Virus record (IMG/VR): IMGVR_UViG_2639763115_000003
Strand: one strand, 5' to 3'
From: a virus
Lineage: Duplodnaviria > Heunggongvirae > Uroviricota > Caudoviricetes
DNA: 8,358 bases
Part shown: one piece after another, positions 1 through 6,037 of the stretch
How positions within the stretch are numbered: the first letter of the stretch is position 1
Layout: every line of letters begins with the position of its first letter
Notes under the pieces: generated by a model
Database searches by the model: none
What the model was told of the DNA's origin: nothing
The model's input: the letters and a program-made list of their open reading frames with translations, nothing else
Made by a program: the position numbers and the translations under genes

Positions 1-123
1 TTATTGACTTGCAGTTGAAGATAGTGCGCCAGTATTCGGGTCAAAGAATACCGCCCCAATAGAAATAACTGGCGCGTATGGCCCGTTGCCCATTGTTTCA
101 AGGTCAACCATCAAGTGATTCAT
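1..123 (-). CDS. DnaQ-like 3'-5' exonuclease, N-terminal fragment only (40 aa); possibly truncated or frameshifted
   Basis: Hand translation of the minus strand from ATG (plus 121-123) gives MNHLMVDLETMGNGPYAPVISIGAVFFDPNTGALSSTASQ, stopping at plus 1-3. DLETMG resembles the Exo I motif of DnaQ-like exonucleases. AAGGA lies 6 nt upstream and overlaps the ssb stop. Not in the ORF track (<60 aa). Confidence 0.35.
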   Translation of the reverse strand: MNHLMVDLETMGNGPYAPVISIGAVFFDPNTGALSSTASQ

Positions 124-131
124 GTAAGTCC

Positions 132-638
132 TTAAATTGCGTGAATAGCGTGACGAGGGAAGGGGAGAGTTACTGGTGCAAAGGGGATATCGTCGTCAAA
201 ATCCATCGGAGGTTCGTTGTGTTGTGCTGGTGATGATTGCTGCTGTGGCTTCTGTGATTGCCTGCTGGCTGCTTGTTGTTTGCTGTCGCCAATGCCGCCA
301 AGCATTTGCATCACGCCATTAATTCCGACATGAACCTCGGTTGTGTAACGGTCTTGCCCTGACTGGTCTTTCCACTTTCTGGTTCTCAGCATTCCCTCGA
401 AATAAATCTGATCACCTTTTTTCACATACTGCCCCACGACCTCAGCCAGTTTCCCGGATACAGCAACACGATGCCATTCAGTCAATTCCTTTTGCTCGCC
501 AGTATTTTTATCTCGCCATTGTTCTGACGTGGCTATTGTCAGGTTAGCGAACGCTGTTCCTGATGGTGAGTATCGAACTTCCGGGTCTTGTCCTACCCGA
601 CCAAGGATAATCACCTTATTTACGCCTCTGCTTGCCAT
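132..638 (-). CDS. ssb: Single-stranded DNA-binding protein
   Basis: 168 aa with an OB-fold-like N-terminus, a Gln/Pro-rich linker and the canonical acidic C-terminal tail DDDIPF. Its ATG directly abuts the stop of the upstream recombinase (TAAATG). Confidence 0.9.
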   Translation of the reverse strand: MASRGVNKVIILGRVGQDPEVRYSPSGTAFANLTIATSEQWRDKNTGEQKELTEWHRVAVSGKLAEVVGQYVKKGDQIYFEGMLRTRKWKDQSGQDRYTTEVHVGINGVMQMLGGIGDSKQQAASRQSQKPQQQSSPAQHNEPPMDFDDDIPFAPVTLPFPRHAIHAI

Positions 639-1346
639 TTATGCCGCCTGTTTTAGTTCGTTAACTCTGATGTTCATTACCTGAACGCATTTAGCCTGCG
701 CCTCCTCGTTGCCAGCCATTAATTGCCAGTCACGCTGATAACGCTCGATGAGTTTTTTCTTGTCAGTTTCTGTTGATGCATAATCGCTGAAGTCTTTCAG
801 GATTTGTTCGCAGTCAACCGATGGAGATTTCTGGTTGGTATTTTCTGATGATGGTTTGTTATCTGATGCTGGGATTGCCCATCCCGGCAGCGATGGAGGG
901 AGCCAGTAAAATCCTGTTCCATCCTTCAGTTTTGCCCTGTGCCACCCCTGCTTTTTATCGAGAGATGTTTGTGCGAAACCTTCCTCAAGGTTATACAGAT
1001 ACCGACCGATTCCCCACTGAACGGCAGCGCGCTTCATTGCGCCGGAACGACCACCTTTGACGGCTTCTACCTGCGTGTTTTCAGCAGCATCCCATTTGGT
1101 TACCCATTCGGAATCAATCCTGATTGATATGCCGCATTCAACGCCTCCGTTGTTGGGAATATCGCGGTATTCATTGCGCCATCCTGCTTTGCCGCAAACA
1201 TCGTCCAGGCGTTTCATGATTGCCCTGTTCGTGACATAAGCCAGCACCATAGCCCACACCTTGCCATCGCGTGTTTTACCGCTTTGCTGTATTCGCCATT
1301 CGATATCTTCAGGGCTGAATGGCTCATCGAATTTATTCAAATCCAT
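639..1346 (-). CDS. Rad52-family single-strand annealing protein (Sak-like phage recombinase)
   Basis: 235 aa containing KGG..GAMKRAAVQWGIGRYLY, which resembles the Rad52/Sak annealing-protein signature. GAGGTG RBS 4 nt upstream of the ATG. Sits immediately upstream of ssb, the usual phage recombination-module arrangement. Confidence 0.75.
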   Translation of the reverse strand: MDLNKFDEPFSPEDIEWRIQQSGKTRDGKVWAMVLAYVTNRAIMKRLDDVCGKAGWRNEYRDIPNNGGVECGISIRIDSEWVTKWDAAENTQVEAVKGGRSGAMKRAAVQWGIGRYLYNLEEGFAQTSLDKKQGWHRAKLKDGTGFYWLPPSLPGWAIPASDNKPSSENTNQKSPSVDCEQILKDFSDYASTETDKKKLIERYQRDWQLMAGNEEAQAKCVQVMNIRVNELKQAA

Positions 1347-1354
1347 AATTCACC

Positions 1355-1525
1355 TCAGAATGGACATGGCCCAAGGAAATAACGCTGGTTTAATACTTCG
1401 ACTCGGGACAAATTAAGACATACCCGCATTCCTTCGCGGTCGCCATTATGGCGATACCAGAGAGCTTTCTGCGTGTACATGCGTCTCTGTAACTTGCTCT
1501 CCTTCACTGTGGTTGCAAGTGACAT
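1355..1525 (-). CDS. Hypothetical small protein (56 aa), alternative A
   Basis: Hand-translated: MSLATTVKESKLQRRMYTQKALWYRHNGDREGMRVCLNLSRVEVLNQRYFLGPCPF. GGAG RBS 6 nt upstream of the ATG; its stop lies within the RBS of the recombinase gene. Overlaps alternative B in another frame, so only one of the two may be real. Confidence 0.3.
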   Translation of the reverse strand: MSLATTVKESKLQRRMYTQKALWYRHNGDREGMRVCLNLSRVEVLNQRYFLGPCPF

Positions 1526-1604
1526 GAATATCTCCTTCGTTACCGATTAATTCTTTCATCTGACGAATGAATTCTTCGTCTGACCAGTTATCTGTAAAAC
1601 TCAT
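1446..1604 (-). CDS. Hypothetical small acidic protein (52 aa), alternative B
   Basis: Hand-translated: MSFTDNWSDEEFIRQMKELIGNEGDIHVTCNHSEGEQVTETHVHAESSLVSP. Its ATG overlaps the stop of the Kil-like ORF (ATGA). Occupies the position of P22 arf / lambda gam, just upstream of the recombinase. Confidence 0.3.
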   Translation of the reverse strand: MSFTDNWSDEEFIRQMKELIGNEGDIHVTCNHSEGEQVTETHVHAESSLVSP

Positions 1605-1753
1605 TTCCTGCGATACCACGGAAGGTTGATAGCTGATTTCATCGCTTTATTTGCTTCAAGCCACATTTTTGAATCACCAATAAATCTGGCTATTACTGCT
1701 TTGTTCTGTGCAGCACGAAGCATCTGGTGATTAATGGCTATTTCATTGCGCAT
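1601..1753 (-). CDS. kil: Kil-like small protein (50 aa), putative host cell-division inhibitor
   Basis: Hand-translated: MRNEIAINHQMLRAAQNKAVIARFIGDSKMWLEANKAMKSAINLPWYRRK. GGAGG RBS 4 nt upstream. The FIGDxKM segment matches my recollection of lambda Kil, and the position (after the cIII-like ORF, before the recombination genes) matches lambda gene order. Identity rests on memory, not a search. Confidence 0.4.
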   Translation of the reverse strand: MRNEIAINHQMLRAAQNKAVIARFIGDSKMWLEANKAMKSAINLPWYRRK

Positions 1754-1872
1754 AACGCCTCCAGTTGTTTCTTTGCTGCTCTGATTAATTGTTTAACTCG
1801 GCGTGATAATTCAGATTCGTGCGGGTAGAAAGCGGACATGACGCCGCTACCAGCTAAAATATATTCATTCAT
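1738..1872 (-). CDS. cIII: cIII-like small protein (44 aa), putative FtsH inhibitor
   Basis: Hand-translated: MNEYILAGSGVMSAFYPHESELSRRVKQLIRAAKKQLEALCAMK. Resembles lambda cIII in its N-terminal IAG motif and central amphipathic ES..L..R..K.L region. Its ATG overlaps the stop of the HNH gene (TAATGA). Confidence 0.4.
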   Translation of the reverse strand: MNEYILAGSGVMSAFYPHESELSRRVKQLIRAAKKQLEALCAMK

Positions 1873-2384
1873 TATTTGCTCCTGTAGAATTCGCCGTGAT
1901 GCTTTCTGGCAAAGTCGCAGTAAGCTTTTTTGGCATCTTCTAATTCATTAAAGTACCCTAGATGTTTTTTCTTCCCGTTTAATTTCCCATAGGCAGCCCA
2001 CTTTCTACTTTCCTTCTTCCATGTGACTCCTTTGCAACCTGATTTGTTGAGGGTGTTTATTTTACTATTCATTGAATTCTGTGAGTAAGTTGCAAGCCTC
2101 AGATTGCAAATTCTGTTATCTGTCTTTATGCCATTTATATGGTCGATAATACCTTCAGGCTCAACACCGAAAGTGATAATCCATGCAAGTCTATGTGCAG
2201 CATAGTGTCTTCCGTTAATGAAAATCCTTAAGTAGCCGCTTGTTGTTATTGTTCCGGCAGTTCCACCTATCTTCCTTGCTCCATAAGATTTTAGCCATGT
2301 GAACTCACCAGAAATAGGGTTATATTTGACAACATTATTAATCTCACTTAGGGAAATTAATTCAAGAATCTTTATAAATGCCAT
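1872..2384 (-). CDS. HNH endonuclease with C-terminal AP2 DNA-binding domain (homing-endonuclease-like)
   Basis: The ORF-track 175-aa frame begins at a TTG; the ATG five codons in has an AGGA RBS 6 nt upstream, so I call the start at 2384. HNH-like core (GYLRIFINGRHYAAHRLAWIITFG...IDHINGIKTDNRICNLRLATYSQNSMN) followed by an AP2-like segment (GVTWKKESRKWAAYGKLNGKKKHLGYFNELEDAKKAY). The gene is visibly more AT-rich than its flanks. Confidence 0.75.
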   Translation of the reverse strand: MAFIKILELISLSEINNVVKYNPISGEFTWLKSYGARKIGGTAGTITTSGYLRIFINGRHYAAHRLAWIITFGVEPEGIIDHINGIKTDNRICNLRLATYSQNSMNSKINTLNKSGCKGVTWKKESRKWAAYGKLNGKKKHLGYFNELEDAKKAYCDFARKHHGEFYRSK

Positions 2385-2477
2385 TTTATATCCTATCAAC
2401 TGCGTTCATTAATCAGCGTTTACGCTCATGAATAAACACCTCTCGTGAAGCATTATTGGTATGCGGTAAAGCCGCGC

Positions 2478-2846
2478 TCAGGCGGCTTTGATAGTCATAT
2501 CATCTGAATCAAATATTCCTGATGTATCGATATCGGTAATTCTTATTCCTTCACTACCATCCATTGGAGGCCATCCTTCCTGACCATTTCCATCATCCCA
2601 GTCGAACTCACAAACAACACCATATGCATTTAGGTCTTTTGAAATTGCTATAAGCAGAGCATGTTGCGCCAGCATGATTAATACAGCATTTAATAAAGAG
2701 CCGTGTTTATTTAGTCGGTATTCAGAGTCTGACCAGAAATTATTAATCTGGTGAAGTTTTTCCTCTGTCATTACGTCATGGTCGATTTCAATTTCTATTG
2801 ATGCTTTCCAGTCGTAATCAATGATGTATTTTTTGATGTTTGACAT
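2478..2846 (-). CDS. Hypothetical acidic protein (122 aa)
   Basis: Long ORF with AGGA about 10 nt upstream of the ATG. Strongly acidic, especially the C-terminal half (DWDDGNGQEGWPPMDGSEG...DSDD). No family recognised. Confidence 0.6.
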   Translation of the reverse strand: MSNIKKYIIDYDWKASIEIEIDHDVMTEEKLHQINNFWSDSEYRLNKHGSLLNAVLIMLAQHALLIAISKDLNAYGVVCEFDWDDGNGQEGWPPMDGSEGIRITDIDTSGIFDSDDMTIKAA

Positions 2847-2861
2847 CTATTCATTTCCTCA

Positions 2862-2892
2862 TAGATAAAAAATCGCCCTCACATAAGAGGGC
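2862..2892 (-). terminator. Rho-independent terminator in the pL operon (tL-like)
   Basis: On the minus strand: GCCCTC-TTATGT-GAGGGC hairpin (plus 2875-2892) followed by GATTTTTTATC. Lies between the 83-aa and 122-aa genes. Confidence 0.55.
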
Positions 2893-3028
2893 AAAGAAGA
2901 TTTCCAATAATCAGAACAAGTCGGCTCCTGTTTAGTTACGAGCGACATTGCTCCGTGTATTCACTCGTTGGAATGAATACACAGTGCAGTGTTTATTCTG
3001 TTGTTTGTGCCAAAAATAAAGGCCACCA

Positions 3029-3280
3029 TCAGGCAGCCTTGTTGTAAATGTTGCAGGTATCAAGTAAGTAATTAGATGGAGCGCCATAAATTATGAATTC
3101 ATCGTTTGTCGGGTCCATCTCCATCTCTTGGCCTATTGCCATTCTTGCGTCAGTGTCATCAGCGGCGAAGCATAAAACAGCCCACGCACCCATTGTTTTA
3201 AAAAGAACTGCAATTGGCTGTGGTTTTACTGAATTTGCGTTAGCGCGAAAATCATAAATCGCACTTTCATGAAATTCCAT
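3029..3280 (-). CDS. Hypothetical acidic protein (83 aa)
   Basis: ORF with GAGGTG RBS 4 nt upstream of the ATG. Net acidic. No family recognised. Confidence 0.55.
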   Translation of the reverse strand: MEFHESAIYDFRANANSVKPQPIAVLFKTMGAWAVLCFAADDTDARMAIGQEMEMDPTNDEFIIYGAPSNYLLDTCNIYNKAA

Positions 3281-3420
3281 ATCTCACCTCAAATAAGTGG
3301 TTTGCTGCCTAATTTCATTTTCTGGCGACCAACACAAGTCACACCCATTTCACTGCGTGGCTTGCGGTAGTAAAGATTGTGCCTGTCTTTTAACCACATC
3401 AGGCTCGGTGGTTCCTTCAC

Positions 3421-3477
3421 TTTCCACAGTCAAAGGAAATGGGTAGACTGTTGTTTCCACAGTCAAAAGAAGGGCTT
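3421..3477 (+). repeat. Two direct copies of TTTCCACAGTCAAA, 43 bp apart, upstream of the plus-strand small gene
   Basis: Exact 14-nt repeat at 3421-3434 and 3464-3477. Each copy holds a 9-mer matching the DnaA box TTATCCACA at 7 of 9 positions. The second copy ends 4 nt before the ATG at 3482. Confidence 0.5.
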
Positions 3478-3481
3478 TGTT

Positions 3482-3646
3482 ATGACAGATATTGTTAATC
3501 CTAAAACCAACCCACACGAAGCCGCTCAACAGATTATTGTTGAGCTTATCAGAGCCGGTAATCTTGCCCCTGGCATTGACGGAAAGCCAATCACAGTTGT
3601 TTATGAAAAAATTCTTGATGAGATTATCAGAATAAACAGTAAGTAA
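3482..3646 (+). CDS. Hypothetical small protein (54 aa) on the strand opposite the pL operon
   Basis: MTDIVNPKTNPHEAAQQIIVELIRAGNLAPGIDGKPITVVYEKILDEIIRINSK. ATG at 3482 with AGAAGGG about 8 nt upstream. The 89-aa track ORF begins at a TTG with no RBS, so the shorter form is preferred. Its stop abuts the stop of the convergent 97-aa gene (TAATTA). Confidence 0.45.
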   Translation: MTDIVNPKTNPHEAAQQIIVELIRAGNLAPGIDGKPITVVYEKILDEIIRINSK

Positions 3647-3940
3647 TTAAGAAAACAAAATTTCGAATGCCTGGCGGATGGTTGCAGCATCTTCGTTCGC
3701 CAGTTTTTTTCGTTCATCTGATGACATCGATAACAATGCATTTCTCTCAATCAATGTAGCCAGCAGTTTAGATGCTATATTTTGAACGTCAGGGCTTAAC
3801 TCTAAGAATTTATTTCGACTACGTTCGAGAATAAGTTGTGTAGCGGGTGTATCTTTTAACTCAGATATTTTTATGTCCAATACATCAAGCATTTCTTTCG
3901 TTTTCTCAATTAGTAATTGTTCAATACATGAAATATCCAT
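3647..3940 (-). CDS. Hypothetical protein (97 aa) immediately downstream of N
   Basis: Internal ATG at 3938-3940 with a GAGGT RBS lying inside the end of N; N stops 2 nt upstream. Preferred over the 125-aa track ORF, whose 5' end overlaps N. Predicted helical; no family recognised. Confidence 0.5.
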   Translation of the reverse strand: MDISCIEQLLIEKTKEMLDVLDIKISELKDTPATQLILERSRNKFLELSPDVQNIASKLLATLIERNALLSMSSDERKKLANEDAATIRQAFEILFS

Positions 3941-3942
3941 AA

Positions 3943-4215
3943 TTACCTCGCCGTCAGTTGTTTTGATTTCCGGTAGCCTGCCGCGTAAATGGCTACGTTT
4001 GGCAGGCAAATACTTCCACTGCATTCATCTGCCTTCTTGCAGCGAAGGCTTCCGAGTGATGCTGCTTTGTCTGCCCTGACGCAACCAGAGAGCTTTAGCG
4101 CAATTTTTCGCGCCAGTGCTTCATTACTGCGTCGCTCGGCAATAAGTTCTGCTCTGCGAGCTTTGTAGCGGCTTTTTGCCGTACCTTTGGATTCTTTCCA
4201 GACAATGGTTACCAT
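3943..4215 (-). CDS. N: N-type transcription antiterminator (phage 21-type arginine-rich motif)
   Basis: Contains GTAKSRYKARRAELIAERR, which matches my recollection of the phage-21 N arginine-rich boxB-binding peptide. The second ATG (MVTIVWKESKG...) has a strong AAGGAG RBS 7 nt upstream, so the start is called at 4215, not 4245. The nut sites on both sides have matching CUAACC hexaloops. Confidence 0.8.
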   Translation of the reverse strand: MVTIVWKESKGTAKSRYKARRAELIAERRSNEALARKIALKLSGCVRADKAASLGSLRCKKADECSGSICLPNVAIYAAGYRKSKQLTAR

Positions 4216-4325
4216 GATGGTCTCCTTTAAGTGGCTTTGGCGCATGACGCGTCGAGGTGCTTATCTTCTCGATCGCTGTCTTGCAGCTGCAATTCGCGCC
4301 ATCCCCAAAACCACTCAAGTTCTGG

Positions 4326-4366
4326 TCTCAACGGTTAGGTTGAGAGTCCGTCGATGTTAAAGAGCC
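4326..4366 (-). promoter_or_regulatory. nutL: boxA plus boxB hairpin
   Basis: On the minus strand: boxA GGCTCTTTAACA (plus 4355-4366), then boxB UCUCAAC-CUAACC-GUUGAGA (plus 4326-4345). Located between pL and N. Confidence 0.7.
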
Positions 4367-4404
4367 TGCCAATCTGTTCCGTTTGGCTTCCAGCGTCCTG
4401 CTGA

Positions 4405-4470
4405 TGGCTTAAATTTAAGACTTCTTAATTTATTGGTCAAGTGCATTTTTGAAGAAAACTTAATTTTATG
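4405..4470 (-). promoter_or_regulatory. oL operators and pL promoter
   Basis: P22-type 18-bp palindromic operators: ATTTAAGACTTCTTAATT (4413-4430) and a weaker TTTGAAGAAAACTTAATT (4448-4465). Candidate pL on the minus strand: -35 TTGACC (plus 4435-4440), 17-bp spacer, -10 TAAATT (plus 4412-4417). Confidence 0.55.
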
Positions 4471-4504
4471 GGCGTGAATTTAGTTTGTCTTTGATTTTTA
4501 ACGG

Positions 4505-4529
4505 GAAATAAAAAAGGGGCGAAAGCCCC
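4505..4529 (-). terminator. Rho-independent terminator immediately after the repressor gene
   Basis: GGGGCTTTCGCCCC hairpin (plus 4516-4529) followed on the minus strand by TTTTTTATTT, directly after the c2 stop codon. Confidence 0.7.
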
Positions 4530-5180
4530 TTAAGGAAGGTTTGCTAGCTTGGCATCAACGACAACGCCAATGATTTTACAGTTCCCATTGATTTCAATCA
4601 TTGGGTATTGTGGATTGAGTGGTTTCAGGAATTTTCTACCGGCATCAATAACTAACTTTTTGAATGTCGCCTCGTTTTCCCCTTCAAGTTTGGCGACTAC
4701 CAGCTTTCCATTACGTGGTTCGACTTCTGGGTCGACGAGAATAATCATCCCCTCAGGAATACTCAGTCCTGCCGGGGCAGTCATTGAATCGCCTTTAACG
4801 TCGAGCCAAAAAGAGTCTTCAGAACAATCTACCGTTGTGTCGTACCAGTTATCTATTGCACGCCTATGATATGGCTCTACAGCTTCCATCCAACATCCTG
4901 CGCTTACCCAACTAATTAGAGGATACGAACCTCTTGGATCATGCCTGCTGTGATAGGCAATGTTTGAAAGACTATCCTCTCCTTTCAACAGGTAATCAGG
5001 GGAGCACTGCAAAGCCTTGGCTAAGGCCAATAGGTTTTCGCCATTGGGCTCAGTTTCAGATCGCTCCCATTGGGAAATAGCAACATTAGACACGCCAACC
5101 ATCTTGCCAAGGGCAGCCTGCCTAATCTTGAGTTCTTTTCTGCGAGCGCGAATACGCTCACCCATCAGTTGTGTATTCAT
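4530..5180 (-). CDS. c2: Prophage repressor, P22 C2 type (cI family: N-terminal HTH, C-terminal LexA-like autocleavage domain)
   Basis: 216 aa, MNTQLMGERIRARRKELKIRQAALGKMVGVSNVAISQWERSETEPNGENLLALAKALQCSPDYLLKG... is near-identical to P22 C2 as I recall it. The SxxK-type C-terminal domain (GDSM...KL) is present. Confidence 0.92.
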   Translation of the reverse strand: MNTQLMGERIRARRKELKIRQAALGKMVGVSNVAISQWERSETEPNGENLLALAKALQCSPDYLLKGEDSLSNIAYHSRHDPRGSYPLISWVSAGCWMEAVEPYHRRAIDNWYDTTVDCSEDSFWLDVKGDSMTAPAGLSIPEGMIILVDPEVEPRNGKLVVAKLEGENEATFKKLVIDAGRKFLKPLNPQYPMIEINGNCKIIGVVVDAKLANLP

Positions 5181-5250
5181 AGTTAAGACATCTTAAATAA
5201 ACTTGACTTAAGATTCCTTTGGTGGATAATTTAAGTGTTCTTTAATTTCG
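5181..5250 (+). promoter_or_regulatory. oR operators with pR (and divergent pRM)
   Basis: P22-type operators AGTTAAGACATCTTAAAT (5181-5198) and ATTTAAGTGTTCTTTAAT (5229-5246), plus a weaker middle site. pR: -35 TTGACT (5203-5208), 16-bp spacer, -10 GATAAT (5225-5230). cro RBS GGAG at 5250-5253. Confidence 0.7.
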
Positions 5251-5260
5251 GAGCGAGTCT

Positions 5261-5446
5261 ATGTACAAAAAAGATGTTATTGACCACTTCGGAACCCAGC
5301 GTGCTGTTGCTAAAGCACTAGGCATTAGCGATGCAGCAGTCTCTCAGTGGAAAGAAGTTATCCCAGAGAAAGACGCCTATCGATTGGAAATCGTTACAGC
5401 TGGCGCCCTGAAGTATCAAGAAAGTGCTTACCGCCAAGCGGCATAA
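5261..5446 (+). CDS. cro: Cro repressor (P22 type)
   Basis: 61 aa, MYKKDVIDHFGTQRAVAKALGISDAAVSQWKEVIPEKD... is near-identical to P22 Cro as I recall it. Divergent from c2 across the operator region. Confidence 0.9.
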   Translation: MYKKDVIDHFGTQRAVAKALGISDAAVSQWKEVIPEKDAYRLEIVTAGALKYQESAYRQAA

Positions 5447-5452
5447 GCAAAT

Positions 5453-5494
5453 TGCTCTTTAACAGTTCTGGCCTTTCACCTCTAACCGGGTGAG
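5453..5494 (+). promoter_or_regulatory. nutR: boxA plus boxB hairpin
   Basis: boxA TGCTCTTTAACA (5453-5464), identical to the rrn boxA consensus. boxB UUCACCU-CUAACC-GGGUGAG (5475-5494) has the same CUAACC loop as nutL, with G-U wobble pairs at the two ends of the stem. Confidence 0.65.
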
Positions 5495-5544
5495 CAAACA
5501 TCAGCGGCAAATCCATTGGGTGTGCCGCTATAACTCAATATCAA

Positions 5545-5590
5545 TATAGGAAAATTAACAAATGGCACAAGCAAGCTACAGCAAGCCAAC
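5545..5590 (-). promoter_or_regulatory. pRE (cII-activated promoter for repressor establishment)
   Basis: On the minus strand TTGC-N6-TTGC (plus 5571-5584) lies just inside the start of the cII gene, as in lambda. Confidence 0.45.
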
Positions 5591-5858
5591 ACAGCGAGAA
5601 ATTGATCGCGCTGAAACTGATTTACTCATCAACCTGTCAACGCTTACCCAGCGCGGTCTGGCAAAGATGATTGGCTGTCATGAATCGAAGATAAGCAGAA
5701 CGGACTGGAGATTTATTGCTTCGGTCTTGTGTGCTTTCGGAATGGCATCAGACATCAGTCCGATTAGCAGGGCTTTTAAGTATGCGCTTGATGGACTCAC
5801 CAATAAAAAACGCCCGGCGGCAACCGAGCGTTCTGAACAAATCCAGATGGAATTCTGA
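5562..5858 (+). CDS. cII: cII-family transcriptional activator (P22 C1 equivalent)
   Basis: 98 aa. The C-terminus [19 protein letters not shown] matches the lambda cII C-terminus as I recall it. HTH-like segment [27 protein letters not shown] upstream. Confidence 0.85.
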   Translation: MAQASYSKPTQREIDRAETDLLINLSTLTQRGLAKMIGCHESKISRTDWRFIASVLCAFGMASDISPISRAFKYALDGLTNKKRPAATERSEQIQMEF

Positions 5859-5881
5859 GGGAATTACTGGATCAATCCACA
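5805..5881 (-). ncRNA. oop: oop-like antisense RNA with its terminator, overlapping the 3' end of cII
   Basis: Minus strand reads CGCTCGG-TTGCCG-CCGGGCG TTTTTTATTGGTGAG, which matches the lambda oop terminator as I recall it (hairpin at plus 5811-5830, T-run at plus 5805-5810). A candidate pO -10 CATAAT (plus 5888-5893) lies about 77 nt upstream. The 5' end is inferred, not observed. Confidence 0.5.
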
Positions 5882-5890
5882 GGAGTAATT

Positions 5891-6037
5891 ATGACAAAAC
5901 AACTCAGTCCTTACCAGGACAAAATTCACAAACACATACTACGTGATCGCTTCCTGTCCAGCTTCAAGCAGCCTGGTCGATTCCGGGCTGAGTTGGAAAA
6001 AGTGAAGCTGATGCGGAAGGAGAAAGGTCATGAGTAA
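5891..6037 (+). CDS. Hypothetical small protein (48 aa) between cII and the replication gene
   Basis: Hand-translated: [56 protein letters not shown] 4 nt upstream. Its 3' end overlaps the ATG of the O-like gene. Same position and size as the small ORF I recall in P22 (orf48). Confidence 0.5.
   Translation: MTKQLSPYQDKIHKHILRDRFLSSFKQPGRFRAELEKVKLMRKEKGHE

Noticed and set aside
341-1239. Plus-strand ORFs of 60-79 aa inside ssb and the recombinase gene
   Set aside because: All are antisense to well-supported genes and have no ribosome-binding sites or recognisable motifs.
2468-2489. Hairpin AAAGCCGC-GCTCAG-GCGGCTTT overlapping the stop codon of the 122-aa gene
   Set aside because: Considered as a terminator, but on the transcribed minus strand it is followed by ACCGCAT, not a U-run. 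More likely incidental coding-end structure.
3377-3481. N-terminal extension of the plus-strand small gene (89-aa version)
   Set aside because: It begins at a TTG with no ribosome-binding site and would read through the tandem repeats. The ATG at 3482 has a plausible RBS.
3873-4318. ORFs 3873-4079 (+) and 4124-4318 (-) overlapping N
   Set aside because: They overlap the N coding sequence in other frames or strands. N is supported by a strong RBS and its arginine-rich motif; these are not.
4549-4869. 106-aa plus-strand ORF inside the repressor gene
   Set aside because: Antisense to the c2 gene, which is near-identical to P22 C2 as I recall it.
5503-5529. 7-bp stem (AGCGGCA / TGCCGCT) with 13-nt loop between nutR and cII
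   Set aside because: Possible tR1-associated structure, but no U-run follows and lambda tR1 is rho-dependent, so it cannot be called a terminator from sequence alone.
5716-5946. 76-aa plus-strand ORF overlapping the 3' end of cII and the oop region
   Set aside because: Out of frame with cII and spanning an intergenic regulatory region; no RBS.
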